From positions 930,001 through 962,000 of the forward strand of contig NC_003364.1 in the NCBI RefSeq assembly GCF_000007225.1: a stretch of DNA of 32,000 nucleotides. Reading direction: 5' to 3'. The DNA comes from Pyrobaculum aerophilum str. IM2 (GTDB lineage: Archaea > Thermoproteota > Thermoprotei > Thermoproteales > Thermoproteaceae). Below the pieces are notes generated by a model, which saw only the letters and a list, made by a program, of their open reading frames with translations, was not told the DNA's origin and ran no database searches. Positions 9,620-16,043 of the stretch are shown one piece after another (positions within the stretch are counted from its first letter, which is position 1; every line of letters begins with the position of its first letter). Both the position numbers and the translations under genes were made by a program.

Positions 9620-10190
9620 AGCGTCTTGGATTTGCCTGGGTTTTTCTGCGAAACGCTTAGCTCCAAGCCGACTATCTCAACTACGTTGGGCCCAGCGTTG
9701 ATTTCTTTCAGCAACCTATCCCTCTGTTTTTCGTTGATCAAACCTCTCTTGTGCAACTCCTCAACGAGGGCTTTGATCGCTTCCGGCCACTCCTTACTGC
9801 GTATTGCGGTTATAAAGTCAGTTGTGAGTCACACGTGCCAGCCCCCACACGCTCTTTCGCCTCCACGCTGGCGCCCATAGCGCTCAGCATTGAAGCCAGC
9901 CGCTCTGGCGCCGCCGAAAATGGCGAGTAGTTTTTCGCCATTCCACCTAATGTTAATGTGAGCTATCCCGTTCCCCTTTCGTCCTTAAACCCAACCTCTA
10001 CCCAGGGGTCAATGCCAGGTAGGCTATATAAGGTATACTCTATCCTAAGCTTGTTTACGTACTCCTCCACGTACTTCTTGATGCTCTTAAGCTTCTTAAA
10101 GATAGGTCGGCGTACATGCCTACACGTGACATTTACGTCCTAGTCAACGGGGCTAAGGTGGATAAGACGGTGTGTAGCCAAAGGCGGAGG
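9620..10190 (-). pseudogene. Degenerate paREP2a-like gene (no ORF of 60 aa or more left)
   Basis: The reverse complement aligns by eye with 19465-20037, for example KKYVEEYVNKLRIEYTLYSLPGIDPWVEVGFKDERG versus RKYVEEYANRLRIEYTLYSLPGVDPWVEVRFKDERG. At least two 1-nt deletions and an in-frame stop are present. Boundaries are approximate. Confidence 0.6.
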
Positions 10191-10300
10191 ACTGTATCCG
10201 CGCCATAGAGGACTACATAAGGAATGAGCGACTCAGCGTATTAGAGCGGTGGAAGAAGAGGGAGGAGGAGCAGAGGAGGCTTGAGCTGAAGAGCCAAGTA

Positions 10301-10665
10301 ATGGCCGCCCTAAAGGATTGGTACCGCAAATGTTTTAGGCGACCCGTCGTGCCGGGCGAGGAGGGCAAGGTGGTGAAAAGGCTTGAACTGTACTACGGCA
10401 TGTGTGAAATAGCCAAGGCCGTAATGGCGGAGTACGGCATTAAGCCAGACAGCCCGGTAATCAGGGAATACGCCTTGAGGAGGGCCTTTCGGCGGGAGTG
10501 GAGGGGTAAGCCGATATCGTGTTTCGTGACCGACTTGAGGGCGTCTTGTAATGTGGGAGAAAGACGGCGACATTTCGCGTGTTTGACACGCCCAGCGGCA
10601 TCTACCTAAGGCCCGAAGTCAAGCTAGTGGACGAGTGGATGAAAAATAACGCATATGGGCGATGA
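10301..10665 (+). pseudogene. Frameshifted copy of the small paREP-cassette protein
   Basis: MAALKDWYRKCF...VKRLELYYGMCEIAKAVMAEYG...EWRGKPISCF matches 18996-19355(-). The C-terminus continues in another frame (VFDTPSGIYLRPEVKLVDEWMKNNAYGR*). Confidence 0.6.
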
Positions 10666-10790
10666 GGGTCAAGGAGATTAAGGCGACGTGTAGAGAGGTG
10701 GCGCTACCGAGGCCTTTTCCCCACCGCGCAAACTCGGAGTATCGTGGGGGTGTCTTACCCAAGGCGCCTTCTACGGCCAAGATACAGTAG

Positions 10791-11699
10791 TCACTGCAAG
10801 CGCCTCTTCAATGCATCTATTCTCGGGGTGGCCAGGGGATTTACGCCTCTAATCTCTGCCAGTTTTACAGAGGCGATGCCCACATCTCGTAAAAAGGATA
10901 AAACGCCCTTGGGGTGCATCTCTACTGCGTATATAGACCCGCCTACTATTTCCACAGTGGCCTTTACCCTCTCTTGATGCTCTTTCGGTATGTGGGGACT
11001 TGTCAGCGCCACCACAGCCCTTTCGGAGCCCTCTATCCAGTTGTGATGGGCCTCCGGCAGAATTTCCACAGAGGGCTCTATTTTCGCGTTTTCGTTAAAC
11101 TCGTTTTTAACCCTGTAGGCAACGCCCCTCATGCTCTCAGCCGCTATTATCGTCGGCCTTTTTTGAAATTCCTCTACTAGCTTGTGTATTAAGGCCTCAT
11201 TTGGCGGCTCTAATCCCTCTGGAATTTTAACGTCTATTCCGTACACTTTAGCCACGACGTGGAGAGCAGCTGTTAATAACTGCGGAAGTGCCGCGCGCGG
11301 CGCGCTGGCCTTTGGAACTATTACAGTGGGCACTCCCATTTGGGCCAGTCTCCCCCCCGTTGTGATAGCCACCGCGGGGATTCTCCGCCTTTTTGCGTAT
11401 TCCACAGTATAGAGAGTCTCAATAGTGTTGCCAGAATAGGACACAGCTATTAACAAGCCGTCGCGGGCTTTTAGGAAATAGTCTTTCACTGCAATAACTT
11501 CAACCTCCCAATTCCACGTGAGTGAGAAGTCGCGTATTAAATCCGCCACGACGCCAGATCCGCCCATGCCGCTTATATATAATCGCGGCATCGCCTCAAT
11601 TCTCACCACCTCGCCCTCCACTACGTAGCTAGTCGGAAAATCCACTCTGCGTAAGATGTAGTTTTCCCAATTGAGGTAATCTTGTAATAATTGGCTCAT
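10791..11699 (-). CDS. pgi: Bifunctional phosphoglucose/phosphomannose isomerase (PGI/PMI, SIS domain)
   Basis: The 302-aa product MSQLLQDYLNWENYILRR...ISGMGGSGVV...VSYSGNTIET... matches my recollection of the crystallised Pyrobaculum aerophilum PGI/PMI. The 425-aa ORF in the track is an upstream read-through; ATG 11699 fits the TATA spacing. Confidence 0.9.
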   Translation of the reverse strand: MSQLLQDYLNWENYILRRVDFPTSYVVEGEVVRIEAMPRLYISGMGGSGVVADLIRDFSLTWNWEVEVIAVKDYFLKARDGLLIAVSYSGNTIETLYTVEYAKRRRIPAVAITTGGRLAQMGVPTVIVPKASAPRAALPQLLTAALHVVAKVYGIDVKIPEGLEPPNEALIHKLVEEFQKRPTIIAAESMRGVAYRVKNEFNENAKIEPSVEILPEAHHNWIEGSERAVVALTSPHIPKEHQERVKATVEIVGGSIYAVEMHPKGVLSFLRDVGIASVKLAEIRGVNPLATPRIDALKRRLQ

Positions 11700-11731
11700 A
11701 AATTTCTCACTAGCAATGGGCTTAAATATGA
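11697..11731. promoter_or_regulatory. Interleaved divergent core promoters of pgi and the helicase gene
   Basis: CATAAATTTC (11697-11706) lies about 27 nt upstream of helicase ATG 11728. The reverse complement of GGCTTAAATATG (11720-11731) lies about 27 nt upstream of pgi ATG 11699. Each TATA overlaps the other gene's start codon. Confidence 0.5.
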
Positions 11732-13704
11732 AGCTACTATTAAATGTGCCACGTTTCGTCGTTGCGGTTAACGGCATTGAGATCGTGAGAGAGTGGCCTT
11801 GGGAGCGCATACTGAGGGTAAAGGAGGAGCTGAAACGTTTAGGCTTTAGGTGGGACGGCGCCAGCTGGCGGGGAAAGACCCGGGATGTGGCGATGATTGC
11901 TAGGCTTAGACAACTCCTAGAGCTAAATAATGAGGAGTATTTGTCTATTCTTTCGTCAGTTGGCAAAAGCCACGGCGGGGGTTCTATCGTTGTAATTGGC
12001 GCGCTTCCGGCCGAGCTTGAACAACACGTATTGGCGTCAGAGGGGAATGCGCATGTCATCTCTCTCACGGGCTATCTCAGGAGATTTATCGCCGAGGATA
12101 AATCAATCTCTAAGGCCTCAACTTTTGAGGAATTTGTAGAGCTGGGGATTAATAGACTGAGGGAGCTCCTGAGGGGGGTTGAGATCTGGGGCGAGTTAGA
12201 GAAGGCGCTTAACGAGGCCCGCGAGTTTATATTAGCCTCTGAGAAAATGAAAACGCTTTTTGAAAAAAGACGCAGTTGGAGGAAGGCGGTCATTGGCCTT
12301 AACTACGCTAAGCTCAATTTTTTAGCTTCAGGTTTATTAAAAAGAATAGGCGAGTTTAAACTTAAATATAATGTTGTGAATAAAGATGGAGAATTAATAG
12401 AACATAATATTAAATTAGTTCATTTAGTACAAGAGTCCGGGGGCTATAAATTGGTCTTTCCAGTTTTCATAAGGGAAAGAGTTGTAAAAACGCTAGAGGA
12501 ATTGGGATATGTAATACAGTATGAAAGCGCCGAGTATCCTCGGGTGTCTTACAAGAAGGGATTTTCGCTTCTGCCCTTTCAAGTTGAGGCTGTGGAGAAC
12601 TGGACCTCACACGGCATGAGGGGCACTGTGATTATACCCACTGGGGGCGGGAAGACATTCGTCGGCCTTGAGGCGATGTATAGAGCTGGTACTTCAGCAA
12701 TAGTGCTCGTAGTGACTAAGGAGCTGGCGGCTCAGTGGGCGGAGAGGATTAGGAAATACTTAGGCGTGAGCCCCGGCGTGTTGGGAGGCGGCTACAAGGA
12801 GGTGCGGGACGTCACAGTGGCAATTTATAATTCCGCCGTGAAGCACATAGATGAGCTCAGAGGCAGATTTGGTCTTGTGATTTTCGACGAGGCGCATCAC
12901 GTACCGGCGGAGACGTTTAAAGAAGTGGCGTTGAGTTTAGAATCTCCGTTTCGACTGGCGCTCTCCGCAACTCCTGAGAGAGAGGACCAAAACGAGCACT
13001 TGATTTACGAAGCCGTTGGGCCCCCGGTGTACAGAGCTTCGTATAGATCAATGATCGAGGCCGGCCTCGTGGTGCCCGTAGAGCATTACAGAATATACGT
13101 ACGCATGACTAGGGAGGAGGAGGCTCTGTATGCCTCTCTGCCTCAAAACAACGCGATAGTTTTAAGAAACGCCGCCGCTAAGGCCAGTAAAAAAATACCT
13201 ATAGCCGTACGCGTAGTAGTGCAAGAGGTCGCTCTTGGCTCAAAAGTGTTAGTATTCACGCAGTTTATAGACCAGGCCGAGGAGCTGTATAAAAGACTAA
13301 GAGAATCTGGCATTGCCGCGGAACTAATCACCTCAGAAGAGGGGAATCGGGAGGCTGCTTTTAGGCGATTTAGCAACGGGCTGAGTAAAGTTGTCGTCAC
13401 CACTACTGTACTGGACGAAGGTGTCGACGTGCCAGACGCAGAAGTTGCGGTAATTGTCAGCGGTACGGGGTCTAGGAGACAGATGATCCAGCGGGCGGGG
13501 AGGGTGGTAAGGGCCACTGCGGGGAAAAGGGCGGCTAGAGTATACGAAATAATTACGCGAAACACTATAGAAGAGGCGCTATCTGAGGCGAGGCATTTCG
13601 ACGACGTCGTCGAAGAGGCGATCTGTAAGAGGCTAAGCGAGGCAGATCTAGACTCCTACCTGGGCAAGCTCGCCCCGTTGTCCCCCTGGTTGAAAAAGAA
13701 TTAA
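11728..13704 (+). CDS. SF2 DEAH helicase, XPB/Rad25-like, with a ~220-aa N-terminal extension
   Basis: Motifs seen: I 'IIPTGGGKT', II 'VIFDEAHHV', III with RED 'LSATPEREDQ', V 'VLDEGVDVP', VI 'QRAGRVVR'. The ORF is open from ATG 11716; ATG 11728 is preferred from TATA spacing. Confidence 0.85.
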   Translation: MKLLLNVPRFVVAVNGIEIVREWPWERILRVKEELKRLGFRWDGASWRGKTRDVAMIARLRQLLELNNEEYLSILSSVGKSHGGGSIVVIGALPAELEQHVLASEGNAHVISLTGYLRRFIAEDKSISKASTFEEFVELGINRLRELLRGVEIWGELEKALNEAREFILASEKMKTLFEKRRSWRKAVIGLNYAKLNFLASGLLKRIGEFKLKYNVVNKDGELIEHNIKLVHLVQESGGYKLVFPVFIRERVVKTLEELGYVIQYESAEYPRVSYKKGFSLLPFQVEAVENWTSHGMRGTVIIPTGGGKTFVGLEAMYRAGTSAIVLVVTKELAAQWAERIRKYLGVSPGVLGGGYKEVRDVTVAIYNSAVKHIDELRGRFGLVIFDEAHHVPAETFKEVALSLESPFRLALSATPEREDQNEHLIYEAVGPPVYRASYRSMIEAGLVVPVEHYRIYVRMTREEEALYASLPQNNAIVLRNAAAKASKKIPIAVRVVVQEVALGSKVLVFTQFIDQAEELYKRLRESGIAAELITSEEGNREAAFRRFSNGLSKVVVTTTVLDEGVDVPDAEVAVIVSGTGSRRQMIQRAGRVVRATAGKRAARVYEIITRNTIEEALSEARHFDDVVEEAICKRLSEADLDSYLGKLAPLSPWLKKN

Positions 13705-14273
13705 CGCGTCTCTAAGTATGTTTCAAATTTCTTTTGCAATTCCGGCGAGTCCCGCTCCTCAGGCAGTAAGATTATGAACTCCACATCGCCCTCTCCATAC
13801 CTATAACTTCTCCAGTACCGAAATCTCAACTCTTTGGGCAAATACAACATTGCCAGTTTCCTATCGCCAAATGCGTGTCTCAATTTACAATTACACCCAA
13901 TTATAGGCTCGTCTGTAAGTATATAGTAGCCCACGTCGCAGTCACACAGCCAGTACTCCTTATTCCTAACATGGGTGAAAATAAATGAGTCTATCCTATC
14001 CTCTACTCTTCTGTAGATGGGCTCTACAATGCCCTCTATATATAACACGGGCTCCACGGAGAGGTGTATCGGGGCTATGGCCGCGTAGCCTGACGCCAGA
14101 CGCCAGTAGTACCTCCTGTTCTTCTTATAAGGCTCCACAAGGCCTTCAAAATATAGCTTGTTGAGCATTCTTAATACTCTGTGGCGCGGCAAGTTCAACA
14201 GCTCCACTAGCTCTGACGTTGTTAGCTCTCCCCTCTCTCGTAAAAGCGTCAGTATCCTCTCCTTAATGTCCAT
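13701..14273 (-). CDS. Hypothetical protein: N-terminal wHTH plus Cys-containing C-terminal domain
   Basis: MDIKERILTLLRERGELTTSELVELLNLPRHRVLRMLNKLYFEGLVE is a canonical wHTH. The C-terminal part has the CDCD...CNC cluster. Its stop shares the palindrome TTAA (13701-13704) with the helicase stop. Confidence 0.6.
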   Translation of the reverse strand: MDIKERILTLLRERGELTTSELVELLNLPRHRVLRMLNKLYFEGLVEPYKKNRRYYWRLASGYAAIAPIHLSVEPVLYIEGIVEPIYRRVEDRIDSFIFTHVRNKEYWLCDCDVGYYILTDEPIIGCNCKLRHAFGDRKLAMLYLPKELRFRYWRSYRYGEGDVEFIILLPEERDSPELQKKFETYLETR

Positions 14274-14389
14274 ACTCTTCTACTCAACTTATACATATAA
14301 ATTTTTAATGTGTACACCTGTGAAGAGTATTATCACAGTCCTATCAAACCAGAGGCAGCCCTCATTTAAGTATCTCATTCTTATCCATT

Positions 14390-15061
14390 GTGATTACACT
14401 ACAGCGATCAGTAACATTCCCTCCCATTCGCTTGAGGAGAATTGATGAATACATTCACTACGTTGCTAAAAATGCGCCGACACTTGAAGAGCTTAGAGAG
14501 AGGGGCCTTGAAATAGGCAGAGGCAGAGGCGATATCACGAGGTTATTAGAGCGTATTCAAGTAGTAGAAGTCAATAATAACAGAGTATCTCTCACCTCGG
14601 CAGGACGGCAATTAGTCTCTCTGAGAGAGGCGCTGAGCTTATCGGTATATCACGCCTTATTTTTCCAACGGCTGTTTCACTACAAGTTACTTGTAGGGAC
14701 ATTAGCGGAGTTGAGAGAAGGCGATTTTGAAAATTTACACGGTGCTGTGAATGAGAGGCTGTCACGAATATCCCCAACGGCGTGGCTTAATAAAGTCGCT
14801 TTCAAAACTCTATTACAAATAGCCGAAGATGTCGGCGCTATTGAGAAACGTAATGGCATATACTACTACAGGGGAGATCCCGTTGAAAAAGCGGTATCTG
14901 AATACTACGAAAAACACGGCGTGAAAATCGGGAGTAATTATTACGTCGCTGTGGACAAAGTCTTAGTGGAAGAATGCGCAAAGGAGGAAAAACCACATAA
15001 TCTGTACAAAGTAGATACGGGTTGTACAGTGACGAAAATATATAATCTCTTTGTTATATAA
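14390..15061 (+). CDS. Hypothetical protein (223 aa), possible DNA-binding
   Basis: GTG start about 20 nt downstream of CATTTAAGTA. No recognised catalytic motif. The segment 'GDITRLLERIQVVEVNNNRVSLTSAGRQL' looks wHTH-like. Confidence 0.5.
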   Translation: MITLQRSVTFPPIRLRRIDEYIHYVAKNAPTLEELRERGLEIGRGRGDITRLLERIQVVEVNNNRVSLTSAGRQLVSLREALSLSVYHALFFQRLFHYKLLVGTLAELREGDFENLHGAVNERLSRISPTAWLNKVAFKTLLQIAEDVGAIEKRNGIYYYRGDPVEKAVSEYYEKHGVKIGSNYYVAVDKVLVEECAKEEKPHNLYKVDTGCTVTKIYNLFVI

Positions 15062-15065
15062 GTCC

Positions 15066-15353
15066 ATGGCTAAACGAAAAGAGGAGAAGAGAGGGCCCAC
15101 GCTCTTTGACTTCATAGAAGTTAAAAAAGAGGAGAAAAAAGAGACTCCTCCTCAAGGCGTTGACATTTCGGAGGAGTTATACGCCTTTATAAAAAGCGCA
15201 AAGAGAGTGGGGAAAGAGGAGGTTGTGAAGTGGGCTAAGACAAGGGGGGTTTCAGCTGGCGACTTCTATAAAGCTCTGGAGAAATTACTAGCACAGCGGA
15301 GAATTAGAAAAAAACTAGACGACGAAGGAAATTTAGTCTACGAACCTGGGTAG
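15066..15353 (+). CDS. Small basic protein with wHTH-like C-terminus (95 aa)
   Basis: MAKRKEEKRGPTLFDF... followed by 'KEEVVKWAKTRGVSAGDFYKALEKLLAQRRIRKKLDDEGNLVY'. AAATATATAATC lies about 22 nt upstream of ATG 15066. The ORF is open from 15051. Confidence 0.5.
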   Translation: MAKRKEEKRGPTLFDFIEVKKEEKKETPPQGVDISEELYAFIKSAKRVGKEEVVKWAKTRGVSAGDFYKALEKLLAQRRIRKKLDDEGNLVYEPG

Positions 15354-15583
15354 TTAATAGTGACGTTATAGACGCTTACTGTAATTGTGCCATTAAAGCC
15401 CAACTTAACACACATAGCAACTATTAGATTGCCGGTGGAGTTACTGTTACAAGCGGCATGTCTCGTAGCCTCAAAGACGTACTTCATGTGTAATATGTCA
15501 ATTACAAGGCGGCCGAAGTAGATAGTCAACAAGATACATATCAGTAGCAGGGCGGCGGCCAAAAGCCCCTCGACATAATTCAT
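15338..15583 (-). CDS. Small membrane/secreted protein (81 aa), third cistron of a micro-ORF operon
   Basis: N-terminus MNYVEGLLAAALLLICILLTIYF is hydrophobic, followed by a Cys/Asn-rich tail with N-x-S/T sites. Its ATG overlaps the upstream stop (ATGA). Confidence 0.5.
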   Translation of the reverse strand: MNYVEGLLAAALLLICILLTIYFGRLVIDILHMKYVFEATRHAACNSNSTGNLIVAMCVKLGFNGTITVSVYNVTINYPGS

Positions 15584-15690
15584 GGCAAAAACGCCGCACG
15601 TAGGGCTTCGAAGTAGTGAAGGAAAATATTCAGCACGTACAGAAGAATCAGCGCTAAGATTAACATAACCAAGTGGTATAAGAACCTCAT
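15580..15690 (-). CDS. 36-aa single-TM micro-protein (not in ORF track)
   Basis: Hand translation gives MRFLYHLVMLILALILLYVLNIFLHYFEALRAAFLP*. Its ATG (15690-15688) overlaps the TGA of the 60-aa ORF. Its TGA (15582-15580) overlaps the ATG of the 81-aa ORF. Confidence 0.35.
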   Translation of the reverse strand: MRFLYHLVMLILALILLYVLNIFLHYFEALRAAFLP

Positions 15691-15869
15691 AACCCTTTCA
15701 CATATCCCACCATATACTCTATGTCCTCCATAATGGCCTTAATCACTTTCTTAATGTCGTCAAACGGGAGCAGAAACGCTACAATGACTAGTAGTGATGC
15801 ACTTATAATTGAGGCAATTAGGAGATAAAGGCTCTCCTCCACGACCTTCCCCACGTTATTACTACACAA
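15687..15869 (-). CDS. Small membrane protein (60 aa or shorter), first cistron
   Basis: TM segment SLYLLIASIISASLLVIVAFLL. Start is TTG 15869 or the GTG a few codons in. A TATAAG element lies upstream on the minus strand. Confidence 0.45.
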   Translation of the reverse strand: MCSNNVGKVVEESLYLLIASIISASLLVIVAFLLPFDDIKKVIKAIMEDIEYMVGYVKGL

Positions 15870-16043
15870 TTAAAAACAACTTATAGACTCTGTTAGCCGT
15901 TGTCACAAACTACAGCGGAATTTGTTGCACTTGTGTCCATTTCCCTCCCCTGTAGTGACTTCCCCTAACGCTGAAAACTCCATTACAAGGGGGCCAAGAT
16001 GGCACAGCTAGAACTTTAATACTTATATTTCCCCCACTTCTCG

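Larger units (their letters stand above)
9001..10668. repeat. paREP cassette copy A (degenerate), inverted relative to copy B
   Basis: Three-gene block homologous to 19010-20696 in opposite orientation. By-eye nucleotide identity is roughly 75-90% depending on the segment (not computed). Confidence 0.75.

Noticed and set aside
8974-10701. Possible target duplication for cassette A: GTGTAGA at 8976-8982 and at 10689-10695.
   Set aside because: This is only a 7-mer, not positioned at the homology boundaries, and expected by chance. Cassette A appears to have lost any flanking duplication.
10711-10729. GGCCTTTTCCCCACCGCG right of cassette A resembles the 22-bp repeat (GCCTTTT...CACC).
   Set aside because: It is in the wrong orientation for an inverted copy, matches only a 7-mer plus a 4-mer, and has a different spacer. 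It is probably coincidence.
11700-12068. The 425-aa ORF in the track extends PGI/PMI by 123 codons upstream.
   Set aside because: The extension is antisense to the helicase gene and has low-complexity, non-protein-like sequence. The recognisable enzyme starts at MSQLLQDY (ATG 11699), which has a correctly spaced TATA box.
15903-15983. 26-aa Cys-containing ORF (MEFSALGEVTTGEGNGHKCNKFRCSL) on the minus strand upstream of the micro-ORF operon.
   Set aside because: It has no hydrophobic segment, no coupling to neighbours, and only a weak TATA candidate. It cannot be supported from sequence alone.
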